From: the human T2T-CHM13v2.0 reference genome, Homo sapiens
Length of the DNA stretch: 64,000 bases
Assembly: GCF_009914755.1 (NCBI RefSeq)
Contig: NC_060946.1
Strand: one strand, 5' to 3'
Shown: one piece after another, positions 14,001-31,774 of the stretch
Numbering within the stretch: the stretch's first letter is position 1
Layout of the letters: the number at the start of each line of letters is the position of its first letter
Position numbers and translations under genes: made by a program
The notes under the pieces: model-generated
What the model saw: the letters and a program-made list of their open reading frames with translations, nothing else
Database searches by the model: none
What the model was told of the DNA's origin: nothing

Positions 14001-15531
14001 TCACCAACTCAGGGTGAGAGGTGGCATAGTTCTTGCTTGCAAATTATTCTTATCATCATCATCCATGCTTAAAGTTTTAGGCTTCTTGGGTCCTTCTGTT
14101 GACATTTCTAAGACGTAACATTCAGACTGTGCTGATTTGTCAGAATGCAAGCAAGAATTCAGCCCTAAGATCCATTTCCCCTATACATACACCAAGAATG
14201 TGTTCATTCCTTTGTGAGTGCCAAGTAGTGTTAGGCGCAACGGCCCTGGAACCTGCTCATCGATGATGTCCAGTTAGTCGTTTACTTGAAATGGCCACTG
14301 AGAGCATGAGCTAGTGCCCCAAAGGGCCAGTACAGAGCAAGACACGTGGTAGGTTACAGCTCAAAGTGGTGCGTGTTGAATCCAAATGTTTGATTTCATG
14401 GTCTTTCAGTGGAAGGAATGAGAAAAGTAAAAACAAAATTGAGAAAAAAGAAACATCAAGTATATGCATGTCTACTGCAGGGCCCATGTTAAAGAAGGGA
14501 GTAAAACCCAAGCTAAATTATGAGCATCCTGGGCTGAGTGACATACAAAGGGCCAGCCACTAACAATGGGTACCAGTCTTCCGGGAGCTAACAGATGTTC
14601 ATTTTATGAGCAAAGACAAGTGTTGTTCGGCTTTTTTAGGTACCTATAAAAATTGAATAATTTTAAGCTATTCTAATAGCTGCCTGACAATTTTATTAAC
14701 GTCGTCAGCTGCTGGGTGGCCCTGTCCATGCCTGAAAGACCGAGTCCTCACTTGAGACTATTCATATCAGCTGGGTTCCATTCGAGCACCTTCCTTTTTT
14801 CAATTAGCTAGACAATGAAGATGCTGTCTCCCCATACGGCCCCTTGGAAACTTTGCGGCAGGCTGCCTCGATTGGCATACAGTTCTCTTTCTCGAGGCGA
14901 TGAGGCTAATAGAAGCTGCAAAATCAGGCAGGGCTCCCTCAGCCTTAGTTGTTTAATCCAACAGATGTAAAATGCCCCGACTTTGTGGATTTTTACCAGT
15001 AATAAATGGGCTAATATCAAGTCGGGAAACGTTAGCCCAGCAACTGCACTCAATAAATGTATGTTTGTGTTTATTTCTCATGAGTCTAAAGTCATCTAAA
15101 AGAACCTAGATGGTAAACTGCCCCACTTCATCTTCTAATTTTTGACCCATTTTTAAAAATGTCAACACTCATGCTTTTAATTTCCTAAAGCTCTTCCTTG
15201 TTTTTCAAAGCTGCCTTTTTTAAAAAAAATGTAGGATCTTGTTCATATTTGATGGGTGAAATAGCTGTTTCATCTTTCTTAGGACATTAATTTCAGGTTT
15301 TTTTTTTTTGGACGTTTTCCGCTCTTCTCTGCCTTGACTGTTTCCTATCCATTTCTTTATTTTTTTTTTCATTTTGTCAAAACTAACCTGACTTTTTTAT
15401 TAGAGCTTTTCCTCCAATGTTTACTGACTCTTCATAATGCGGATGAGTGAGGCATTAAAAGTAGGTGGGCAGCTTTGAGTGTGTGGGTGGGCTTCTTGAC
15501 TGCAGGCCTTCACTAAAGAGGGATGAAGTCA

Positions 15532-15861
<330 letters not shown>

Positions 15862-16669
15862 CTACTGCATCCACGAGTGAGGGTCCAGTCAAGAAACCCC
15901 AGCTAGCGGAACCTTCATAAAGAGCTGCTAGCCAGGCATGGGAAATGTAAGAGCAAAGGGGGAATGCTGACCTGTCACACAAATGGCGACTGCAAGTGTC
16001 AACTGCAATCCTAGGGCTGGGGTAACACAGAAAGAGTGTGGATTATTAGAATTTGGAGCCCCACAGTGCTGGGACCCAGGCCTCCGAGGCGGGGCTGCCC
16101 CAGTGCTGGTTCTGGGTTTGGGGAGAGGATGGACTACAACTAGAATCAACAACACAACCAGGTGAGGTTGCAATGCTGGGCTGATTTTTACAAAAAACAG
16201 GAAGCAGACAGGCAGGAGCAAGTCTCTTCTTCCCCTCTGGACTCAGTCTTCCCATGGCGCTCCATCTGTAAAACCCCCAAAAGATACTGGCAGTGCTGAA
16301 ATGCAGAGTCCCATCCCCACCATCTCAGAGCAGGGTCCAGTAGGGTGGGTTGAAGCCGAGAGTAATAACTTAATACGACTTTACATGAGCACTTGGCATA
16401 TCCCAAGCATCATTATCACAATCTTGGGCTGGGCTGTTTCCCCAAAGAGGAATCATACAATCTCTTGTCTGGAGGACAGAAAACTGGCCTCAAGCCTTCT
16501 GACTTCTGAGTAGAGGAGGGGCTGAGGGGCCTCCCCCGTCAGGGCGTACGCCTTCTGTTCATCTCCTTGGTTTCACTCCAGCACCCTGCTGCAACCCTAT
16601 CTGTGCACAATGAAGTGCGTGTGTCCGGAGCCACGCTGATGCTGTGGGTCCAAGAGAAAACCTCCAGCA

Positions 16670-17057
<388 letters not shown>

Positions 17058-18209
17058 TTATACAAACTATTGACCAACCCCCTCATAGGGCTGGGGATCC
17101 ATTCCATGTGGCATTTGGGAATACCTGGAACCTCTCACGGCTGAGCCCTGTCTGGGATCAGCAAAGTCAATCAGCCCACTCCTTGCCTTGTTGCCCGGTG
17201 GGATCGCTGATCTGTGATGTCGGTTCCCCCGTCCCATCTGTATTTTCACTCCTGAAATTTGCCGGCAACCCTTGTCTGTATTCTCCTCTTCCAGTACCTT
17301 AGTCCTTGTGAACTACGCCTTCTTTTATTCCTTTCCTGCCATCTTGGTGGACTTTGAGAGACCATGGAAATGAGCTCATGTGTTCAAGTTGCCATGTTTT
17401 ATAATTCGCATGAAACAAAAAAGTCCGCATGGTCACTTAAAACACATGTGCAAGCCCACTTTGTCCTCTGGGCCATCCTCTTGCAACATCTGCAGGGCAT
17501 TACAATACGGCACTCTGAACAAGGGAAAGCCAAAATAATTTGGGTCATTTTGTTTGGAAAGAGAAGGCTGGAGAACAAATTAATGGTAGAGACGAGACTA
17601 TTTGAGGACAATCTGCAGCTGTTCTCTTGCTCTGAGAACAGAACGAAAGGGCATGAGCAGAAAAGTGCAACATGAAGGATTTTAAGTAGATATGAAAAAT
17701 CATCTCTCATGAAGATTACTGTGGTGGTCACATTGGCCTCCCTTCCTGTAATCTCTCTCTACAAATGGCCTTCTGTATGTTTCATGATTTGGGATCTCCA
17801 AATACAACAGAGCACGCATTTAATCAGTTATCAATTAATTACAGAAGGCTTAACGTGCTGAGCACCCTGCTATGCACTGAGGAGAGAGTGATAAACCAGA
17901 CAGATAAGGCACTTTCCACTCCACACTTGTAGCTTTGCCAGAAACAAAGACAAGTCAACAAGCATTTTCAATAAAACATAATTATCTCTCCTGTTTCATC
18001 TTTATCTACTTTCATGAATAAATTTGGCCTTATGATGCGTCACAGAGTGGGCTAAGGCCCATGTTTCAGGACACGTACACCGTCCTTACCAGAAGGAGGT
18101 TTACCCGATGAGGCTGCCACGTCAGGCATGATGACTCCCATCTATCCCCGTTTTCACACATGAGGAAACTGAGGCTTACAGAGGTGGAATAAAGTTGAAA
18201 GGCCATTTA

Positions 18210-18516
<307 letters not shown>

Positions 18517-18536
18517 TGAAAGGCCATTTAAAGAAG

Positions 18537-19360
<824 letters not shown>

Positions 19361-19479
19361 GGTAGAAAGAGGAGGACCTGCGATTCCAACCTAAGTCCTA
19401 TGTCTCTGAGGCAGAGTGCCCAACCCCTTGCAGGCCTGCTTCCGGTGAACTCTCAGCTTTATCCACATCCACAGGTCAT

Positions 19480-19870
19480 GGTGCCTCAAACAGCTCCTGC
19501 AGGATCATGCCTCCATGCCTTTTCCAAGGTGCTGTTTTTGCCTGGAATTCCCTGCTATTTGGACCCTCACAAACTGCTGCCTAGTCTTCAAAGCCCAGCT
19601 CTAGTGCTTCCCCTCAACCTCACCTACCCCAAGTGGAAGTAACTCTCCTTCAACTATGCCTGCACCATGCTTTTGGAAACTCTCTGCACAAGCAATGGCC
19701 ATATTACTTTGTAGTTATTTTTGCTTTTTTCTTCCCCTTCTCCATTTACACAGGATTTCCTTCAGAGCAAGAATCACTTCTCTTTCTTGCGCATTCTTTA
19801 GTGTCTTCTGTGTCCAACATTACCTGGCACATAGTAGGCATATTTCCATACATATTTCTGAGCTGAATTG
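19480..19870 (+). mobile_element. L2 3' fragments
   Basis: ttgcctggaattccc...cctggcacatagtaggca...tgaattgaa. Confidence 0.55.
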
Positions 19871-20309
19871 AAGCTAGTTAAAAAATGAATAGCATTACGA
19901 AGGTACATTGTGCAATCTTCCCTGAAGGTTAATGAAAAACGAAAATGGAGCCACATTTTTTATTTTGTTTCCCCATCAATTTACTGAGCCCAGTGTTGAG
20001 CCTTACTAGATGCTTGGAATACAGAGATAAATAAAACAGGGCACCTGCCTGGGAAGTAAGGAAAATGAGATGTAAGGCTCCCCCCACCACGTGGCAGCCA
20101 CCATGCTTGGCACGGCCACACAAAGTAACTCAATGAAGGGGAAGGCCACTGGAGGACAAGGAAGCCGTCTACAAGAGATTACTCACTGCCCCTTCCAGCA
20201 AATGGGTTCTAGAAAATGAGCTTCTGATCTCCTCTCTGATTGCTGGCAAGTTTGCTGAATTTCAGAATGCTTAATACAGAGTTAAAAGGCATTTTAGGAT
20301 ATCTTCCAG

Positions 20310-20605
20310 TCCAGTGTTTTTGAAACTAGGGTTTGTAACACATTTGAAGGTTGTGAAAATAATTCAGTGGATCTGAGCAAGCATTTTAAAAATTAAAATA
20401 CATTAAATAGATTAGAAAAGAAATATAAAAATTCACTGAACATAGTAAGGTCAAGTATTGTTTTACGAAAATATTGTTTTAATTGCTCATCTGCATATAT
20501 GTGTGTATATATGCCTGTATAAACATACATACACACATATGTCTTTTGGATTGTGATGAAAAATGTATTTCTGACTGTAGGATACAATCAAAAAAGTGTG
20601 AAAAG
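20310..20605. mobile_element. hAT-Charlie DNA transposon remnant (Charlie4z-like)
   Basis: ccagtgtttttgaaact start; aaaatgtatttctgactgtagg...caaaaaagtgtgaaa end. Confidence 0.5.
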
Positions 20606-20999
20606 TATGGTTGGCCCTACATCTGCACTTCATAGATTCTTTGTCAAAATTTTCTGATTAAAAGAAAAAAAAAAAGGCAAGTCCTGGTAACAGAATCCTG
20701 CCAGCTCTTTTAATAAAAGAACTGGTAAATAAATTCCCCATGCCCATGGGCATCCGCACTTCACACTCATCTTATCACCAACCCTGAGGACTGGATGTTC
20801 TTTTATTAAAGGAGCCAGTGGGATTCCACATAGGCCCAATGGGGTAAATAACTTGCTCAAACATATCCTGTTCTATTAGCTAGGCTGGCTTGACAAACTT
20901 ATGTGGAAAGTTCCTTAAATAGCCTACAATGCAATTTCCTTTAGATTGTCACAATCAAGATCAGAATATCTAGAAATGATCTAATTAAATCCTCCAAAC

Positions 21000-21483
<484 letters not shown>

Positions 21484-22186
21484 TAGGAGCTTGGTGTACA
21501 TTAACAGCTCCTGCCTTCTACTCCCCTTCTCTTTCTATGAATATTTGCAGAGAAGTTAAAAAGTAACCACATTGCCAACTACACTAATGAGTCAAGGAGA
21601 AGGACTGCTGAGAAAATGGCATTTCTCCTCCTTCGACAAAAACAACAGAGCCATGTGAACCTCCATTCTGTGACTGGGGCGCCAAGAGGCCGGGCCTTGC
21701 CAAGTCCCCCCCTGTGCTGTTTGCTAGTGAAGAGTTTGGAGTTGACTAAGTGCCAACCTCAGCTCGGCTGTGTGTGCTTGATCCTATGACCAGCCCAGCC
21801 CTGACCTTTTCTGGTATTTATGATGTTGGATTGGATTTTGATCACTGTTTGAGCTCTTGACACAAAATAAACAGGATGACCCTTTTCCCTGGGAGGGACA
21901 AGTGCCAGGATTTTAATCCCGTCTCCAAACACTCCTCCCAAACAGTACCCTGCCCCACTGCCCCCATGGCAAAACAACCAAGACACAGTGTCTCTTTTGT
22001 TGCAGTAGCCAGCAGATCCTGGGATAGCAACCTTAGGGCAGTGAATCTCAACCCTGGCCACACTTCAGCATTATGTAGGGAGCTTTCAAAAATACGGCAG
22101 GCCACTGCCCATACCAGAGGTTCTGACTTGGCTGATATGGGGTAGACCTGGGCATCATTATTCTTCACGTGCTCCCCAGATGATTA

Positions 22187-22626
<440 letters not shown>

Positions 22627-23288
22627 AAATATGGCAGGGAGAGGTTAATTGGATCACCAAGATTACGGAGCCGGGGCTGGGACTTGAACACAGGGCAAGC
22701 CGACTTTTTGACTTTTATGTTTTAGCATAACAAAGAAAAATGGTTGTGATGCAAAGTTAAGACGAAAAAGACTGGTATACAAACAGGATTATATTATGAT
22801 CCCAATTTTATAAAAGAATCCATCCTATATGCACAGAAAAGCATCTGAAATATTAACAATAGCTGACTGTAGGTAGTAGAAATATACACAATTGAGTTTC
22901 ATTCTTTACCTTTGTGCTGATACGGACATGCATTGTTTTATTCATGACACACATGTATAAAGTGGATCAGTCTGGAGAACCTTAATGATGCCTCCAGCAG
23001 AGCAATCCATTCTTGAAAAGGTCTAGTCAATTCTTGTTTTTTCCTTCACTATTACAATGAGGCCCAGAGGGTCTTTTTGTGCTGACTGCCCTCATCCTGT
23101 CTGGAGTCATCGTCTTACTGTTCTACAAGGAAAACACATTTTCTTTCCAAAAATTAAAAAAAAAAAAAAAAGGCAGTGCTGATGTCATGGGATATCAGGG
23201 TATCTCTAAAATCTTAAGTCAAGGAAACAAACATTTGGGGTTGAGCCCCTACTGTACGTGTCTATGAGAAACATTAAGAGCTATTCAA

Positions 23289-23592
23289 GGCTGGGTGCAG
23301 TGGCTCATGTCTATAATCCCAGCACTTTGGAAGGCTGAGGCGGGTGGATCACCTGAGGTCAAGAGTTGGAGAACAGCCTGGCCAACATGGTGAAACCCCA
23401 TCTCTACTAAAATACAAAAATTAGCTGGGTGTGGTGGCGGCTGCCTGGAATCCCAGCTACTCAGGAGGCTGAGGCAGGAGAAACCCTTGAACCAAGGAGG
23501 TAGAGGTTGCATTGAGCCGAGATCGCACCACTGCACTCCAGCCTGAGCAACAAGAGCAAAACTCTGTCTCAAAAAAAAAAAAAAAAAAAAAA
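23289..23592 (+). mobile_element. AluS
   Basis: Full dimer with poly-A. Confidence 0.95.
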
Positions 23593-25194
23593 GAATAAAA
23601 GCCCACTTCCATTGTAACTGCTACCAGATCTGTCTCCAGAGATATAGACTACAATCTAGCATGATTTGGAAGCCAAATGTTATGTTTTGAGATTCTCCCT
23701 GGGCTGAGCCAGCAGGTCACTGTTCATTAGTTGAACTCTCATGGGAACCCTGTTTGGGGCAGATTTCGTCATTCTTCCTCACTCTGTGTCTCCATTCCTG
23801 CCTTGGACAGTGTTTCATGCCGGATATAAACTCAGTGACTCAAGTCCCCTTGGTGACTTCAGGGTCCCTGTTATTTGCTCCTTTAAAGGAACAGAAGGGA
23901 GAAAAATATATCGTAGAATCCAAAGAGCCCAGAGGCCAGAGACCTAATTTTGTTTATTCAATAACTAATATTTTAGTATCTAGTAGGCTTGGATAGGTAT
24001 ATAGAACCTTGAAGGCACAGCCAGCAGGACTTACTGGAAGATAAATGTAGGGTATGAGGACAAGAGAGGTACCAAAGATGCCCGCTTTTATATGGTTCTG
24101 GCTTTGCCCCTGACAGTGTGAATTTGCATCAGATCCATAGACCTGAAAGAGACACTGGGCCCACCTACTCAAATCCATTTATTTTACTAATCATTCATGC
24201 TTTCTATAGTCACTCAGTGAAGCACTTACTGAACAGATAGCTTAGGATCAGAAAGGTAGAGGGACTCGCCTACAGCTAGTAAAGATGAAACACAGACTTC
24301 TGTCCAAGCGAAGTTCTCTTGAAATTGCATCATCCAAGTCAAAGACCTTAGAACCTTCTTGACCTTTGCAACAAAAGGCACTGAGCTAACTCATGACCTC
24401 TAAGATCCCTTCCAGTCCTTCTTTCCTACATGTGTGCATGTAAGTAAAGCTACAAAATGCTCTGTTTCCCGCTGCTTCTGTACAAGACTGGAAAGAAAAT
24501 TTATCTTTCGACACATCCCTTTCCACTTTGACACTAATTTATTTTTTAATTGATCTCCCAGTAAGGCACACACCTAATTGGCTTGAATGGTGACACAGTT
24601 AATTAGGCCAAAAAAGAAAAAAAGAAAAAAAAAGGCCCAGGATGGTGAGCCCAAGTAGTACTACTTAATAAGAGCGGTGGCCAATTTCTCAGTGAAGAGG
24701 AATTTGTAAAAGGGAAGATCAAAGAGATAATTCAGCTTGGTCAGAATTTTAATTTAGGTCACTTTCATGGATAAATAGGCTGCAGATACCACCTTTTCCA
24801 TCTAAACAGATTAATCCTCTAAACGGCTACAGAAAACTCATCCACGCATCAAAAGTTTACAAATGCCTATGATAAGCTGGGTACTATGCTAGGCTATGGG
24901 GGTAAAGGCCCTGTCAATAAGGAGGCTCTGACAATTTAAGAAGGGAAACAATGATGGTAGTAAGTGGAAAAGAAGTCAAAAGAAAACATTTTATTTACTT
25001 AGCATGGGTTCTGTCAGCCAGCATGCTTCTTAAGGTCGCAAGTGACAGAGACTTTACTGAGACTTAAGCAGTTTTTAAAAAGAGAAATTTTGCTTCAGGC
25101 ATGGCTGGAACTAGAGACTCCAACACAATGTAATCTAAAATCTGTCTTCTCTTTTCAAGCTCTCAGATCTGTTTGCCCTCTCAGACAAACTGAC

Positions 25195-25740
25195 TGTCTA
25201 GGAAAGAGGTAACACGGCAGGCTTGACACTGCTGTCCTTAGAACGATGAACTGCTTGCAAGACTGGCCCTTGGCTGGCATCTGAGAACTGGGGTTTTGGG
25301 AAGCTTCCTGCTATTCTCTAAGAGCTCACTGTGTCTAAACTGTGCAAACAAAATGGTTTACCATAAACACCTGCTTTCCTTCTGGGAGTCTAGAATTTTG
25401 GTATGTCCTAGAGAATGTCCACATAACCAGCCCCCAATAAAAATCCTGGGTGCTGAGTCTCTCATGAGATTCCCTTTTGGGCAACATTTCATGTGTGTTG
25501 TCACAACGTATTGTTGGGGGAATTGGCATGTCCTGCGTGACTCCACTGGGGGAGGACTCTTGAAGTTTGAGCCTGGTTTCCTCTGGACTTCACCCCATGA
25601 GCCTTTTTCCTTTGTGGATTCTGCCTTATATCTTTTTGCTGTAATAAATCATATCTGTGAGTATGACATACACTGAGTCTTGTGAGTCCTCCTAGCAAAC
25701 CAGTGAATTTAGGGGTGGTCTTGGAAACTCCTGGCGGTGT
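25195..25740 (+). mobile_element. MER68/MER77-like ERVL LTR nested in an older MLT1 LTR (about 25010-26450)
   Basis: aaagaggtaacacggcaggc...ggcccttggctggcatctg...gactccactggg...gctgtaataaatcat...gtgagtcctcctagc. Confidence 0.7.
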
Positions 25741-25784
25741 CAAAATGACAAATGGTGGTTCCAGCTTTGCCTCATCACAGTTTA

Positions 25785-26136
<352 letters not shown>

Positions 26137-26682
26137 GAGTACCTTTCCCAACAGCACTAGCAAAAAGCCTTGGCGTAATGCTTACTAGTTCTGATTGGTT
26201 CAGCTTGGGTCACAAATCTGCCCTAAACCAATCCCTATAGCCAGGGAGATGTCTGTGGTCTTGCAGCTGGCCAGGACTGAGTCATGTCCTTATCCCTTCA
26301 GCCAGGGATGAGATCAACACCCCTCAAACACACTAAAAACCAACTGAAACAAGCAAGGAGAGATATGGTGTTCAACAGAAAAACAGTCATTCTGCTGATG
26401 TTACTGGAAGGAAGAAACGTATGCTGAGCAGGCAGAACACCACAACTACCACAGTAGAACACAAACACAGTATATCATGAGGAAGCACGTGTTATAGTGA
26501 AACATCAAAACCACAACAACAAAAAGAAAAATCACAGACATAGAAGAGACGAATTCATTCTCTCACTCTAAATCTGCGCTTCCTTTTGTATTCCCTACCT
26601 AATCTGCAAACTGGGAAAGTAGGTCATGTACAAATCTTTTTTCTTTTGTACTACACCTGACCAGAACACCTATGTCTTTCCT

Positions 26683-27329
<647 letters not shown>

Positions 27330-27349
27330 TAACCCTTTAATAGCATTTG

Positions 27350-27940
27350 ATTCTGCTGTTGTGCTCAACCTCTGCCTTAGTTCAGGCCATGATCATTCCT
27401 TACATGAATTATTGACATGGCTTCCTAATTGGATGCTCGGTTTTGGTTCCTCCAAACCATTTCTCTGACAAGCGCACACTCACCTTTCTACACTGAGGAC
27501 TGATTAGTATGACCTGGTCAGTCTTCTCCTTATGAGACTGTCAGTGGATTTTCAGTGCCTTCCAGAAAAGGCCAAACTCCTTGGCATGGCACAGCATGCT
27601 AAATCCTTCATGACCTAGCTCCTACCTACTTTTCGATCTGCCATCACCTTCCCAAACCCTCCGATCTCACCAACCACCTGATTCCTTAGGGAATGCAACT
27701 GACATAGGGAACACACCACGCTTTATCATGCCTTCCTGCCTTTGGTCCATTCTGTGCCTTTTGTTTGGAATGGCCTATTTGTTCCCCTTTTCCCAGGTGG
27801 AGATCTCCAGCCAATCAACAAGGACCGATTTCTCTTAGGTTATGGGGGATGTCTTTCCCAGGTTCCGAAATTAATGACTGTCTCCATGGCAACACCATTA
27901 TGTTTGGCACATGCCCCCTTTTCTCTCACCATAGTCCTTT
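27350..27940 (+). mobile_element. L2 fragments
   Basis: ttagttcaggcc...gcttcctaattgg...ccaaactccttggcatggca...ccttcatgacctagctcctacctac. Confidence 0.65.
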
Positions 27941-28012
27941 ATCTTTGACTGCCCTTCGGAATTCTCAGAACAGGACCTCCATGAAGGCAGGTGAACCATC
28001 TTATCCATTCTT

Positions 28013-28316
28013 TTTTTAAATTTTTTATTTTTTTTGAGACACAGTCTCACTCTGTCACCCAGGCGGGAGTGCAATGGTGCAATCTCAGCTCACTGCAACC
28101 TATGCCTCCTGTGTTCAAGAAATTCTCAGCCTCAGCCTCCCAAGTAGCTGGGACTACAGGTGCATGCCACCATATCTGACTAATTTTTGTATTTTTAGTA
28201 GAGATGGGGTTTCACAACGGTGGCCAGGCTGGTCTCAAACTCCTGACCTCAGGTTATCCGCCCACCTTGGCCTCCCAAAGTGCTGGGATTACAGGCGTGA
28301 ACCACCGCACCTGGCC
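28013..28316 (-). mobile_element. AluS
   Basis: 16-bp TSD catcttatccattctt. Confidence 0.95.
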
Positions 28317-28591
28317 CATCTTATCCATTCTTACAAACTCAGTACTGATTTAGAGATTGATGAGGAACAGTGCTTCAAAACCTGTGGAATAAATCAACTC
28401 GTAATAGTGGATATGGTTGTAATCTTGGCTCTGCCACTTGCCAGTTAGAAGATTTTAGTATTTAGTATTATTTAACCTTTTTAAGCATTTTTTTTTCTCT
28501 TCTAAGATGTGGACTGAACTGTTATATGCCAGGTCTTTTGTGAAGATGAAAGAAGCTAATGTATGTATGTATGATACCTAAACTGTATGTA

Positions 28592-28920
28592 CAGCAGTCC
28601 CTAACCTTTTTGGCACTAGTGACCAGTTTCACGGAAGACAATTTTCCATGAAGGGTGGTGGGGGGGAGGGTAGGATGGTTTGGGGATGAAACTGTTCCAC
28701 CTTAGATATCAGATAATCAGGCATTAGCTCGATTTTCATAAGGTGCATGCAACCTAGATCCCTCGCATGCGCAGTTCACAACAGGGTTTGCGCTACTATG
28801 GGAATCTAATCCCAGCGCTGATCTGACAGGAGGTGAAGGTCAGGCTGTAATGCTTGCTCGCCTGGTTCCTAACAGGACACAGACCACACCGGTCTGGCGC
28901 CCAGGGTTTGGGAACCCCTG
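28592..28920 (+). mobile_element. MER1B hAT-Charlie non-autonomous DNA transposon
   Basis: TIRs cagcagtccctaacc / ggtttgggaacccctg; internal gcaacctagatccctcgcatgcgcagttcaca. Confidence 0.9.
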
Positions 28921-28957
28921 GTCTAGACCATACCAGGCTTCTTAAAAGCACGTTCTC

Positions 28958-29267
<310 letters not shown>

Positions 29268-29271
29268 CTAA

Positions 29272-29400
29272 AAAAATGTACCATATTAATAATAAGGGGA
29301 ACAGGCTATAGGGTATATCAGAACTCTCTGTATTGTCTTCATAATTTTTCTGTAATCTAAAACTGTTGCCATAAAAAAGTTATTTTTAATAAAGAAAATA
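29272..29400 (+). mobile_element. L1M 3' end fragment
   Basis: gaactctctgtattgtcttcataatttttctgtaatctaaaactgtt. Confidence 0.6.
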
Positions 29401-29474
29401 AAGAGTCCATCACTGCCGACCAACCCTACCCCACCCCCCAACTCCCAATATAAGGCAGATGTTTCAAGGACTCT

Positions 29475-30189
<715 letters not shown>

Positions 30190-30534
30190 GGCTCCCTTTG
30201 TTATTTATATTGTAGTATACAATGTCTCAAAAATAAAATTTAAAAAGAGGATTATTGGCTGGATTTGGGTAATCTTCTCTTTTATCTCATAAGAATTTGT
30301 GCTACCATGGGATATGACCTGTGGTCATTTTTGACATCTAAGCAGTAACGAAGAGAAGCCTAAAATCCACATGCCTTCTTTGTCCCTAAAATTCATCAGG
30401 AGGCAAATAAGAAAATAAAAGCCAGACCTTCCTTTTCTGATGGAGGTGGTTATTAATGAAAAAAGTATCCCTTTGCTTCTAGGGAAGCTGGTAATTTCCA
30501 CCAGGACCTACTCTGGTTGACAGTGTTCCTTTAA

Positions 30535-30589
30535 AAGGCCCCTCCATTCATTTCAATAAGGACCCTCCATTCATCTCAATAAGGACCCT
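30535..30589. repeat. 23-bp tandem repeat, about 2.4 copies
   Basis: aagg(a/c)ccctccattcat(t/c)tcaat at 30535, 30558, and partial at 30581. Confidence 0.85.
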
Positions 30590-31205
30590 GCATACATACC
30601 TCTGCCTGCTGCATCCTTCCACATGGGCAAGCCCAGTGCATGGTGCAGAGAAGAGACCAGCATATTTGTCTTCATTGACAGGCCACATATGTCTTTGTCA
30701 TATATTAGATGCTTCTAATAATCTATGTATATGCATTTAGGAGGAAAAAAAAGTTGTGTCTTCTTGATAGTCATAGAATGGCATACGCTGGTTCCTCTCT
30801 TCACGGATATGCAGATGAGCTGCAAGTTGTTCCCTCTTGTAATTTCGAGGGAAGACCATAAATTCTAATGGGTCCTAACTGAATCTGTGCCCTTTTGTGG
30901 ATGTGAATGCTTTTGAGTCTGGTTAATTCGATCACACTTTCTCTTGGTATTGTGTATCCTTCTAGATCCAGGGGAATGAATGAATTTATTTATCTTCTGA
31001 AAGAGGAAATTCACTACTAGATGTTCAACTATCCATGGCCCTGGAAGTGAAAATTCACAGTTCATGCATCTTTTGAGGCTAGTGTGGATTACAAATAAGA
31101 AGGGAAAGCAAGTCAGAAGCACATAAAATAGGAGTTTAAGAAAAGTCAAGTCAAAGAGCACATGGATCGTGGACTATGAGTTATGAACTGAAAAAGAAGT
31201 TGTGG

Positions 31206-31574
31206 TGTTCCCAGCCCTGTGTCCAAGTGTTCTCATTGTTTAGTTCCCACCTATGAGTGAGAACATGCAGTATTTGGTTTTCTGTCCTTGCGATAGTTTG
31301 CTCAGAATGAAGGTTTCCCATCATTCTGTTGCTTCATCCATGTTGCTACAAAGGACACGAACTCACCCTTTGTTTACGGCTGCATAGTATTCCATGGTGT
31401 ACATGTGCCACATTTTCTTAATCCAGTCCACAGGGTCAGGGGATGGGGGAGGGTTAGCATTAGGAGAAATACCTAATGTAAATGATTAGTTAATGGGTGC
31501 AGCAAACCAACACAGCACATGTATACATATGTAACAAACCTGCACATTGTGCACATGTACCCTAGAACTTAAAG

Positions 31575-31625
<51 letters not shown>

Positions 31626-31645
31626 GTATGTATGTATATATATAT
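31206..31645 (+). mobile_element. Short L1PA insertion with a 5' inversion and microsatellite tail
   Basis: 31206-~31430 is antisense L1PA; ~31433-31578 is the sense 3' end (...gtaccctagaacttaaagtata); (CA)n(TA)n(TATG)n tail; TSD agaagttgtgg. Confidence 0.9.
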
Positions 31646-31774
31646 AGAAGTTGTGGAAGGTTTAGATTTCATTTCTTGGGCCAGTCGCTATTAACCACTT
31701 AAAACTACCAAGTCCACTACATATTCCTAAAGGACCCTACACATTTCCATCAGTAACAGTGGGTCATTAAGGAA

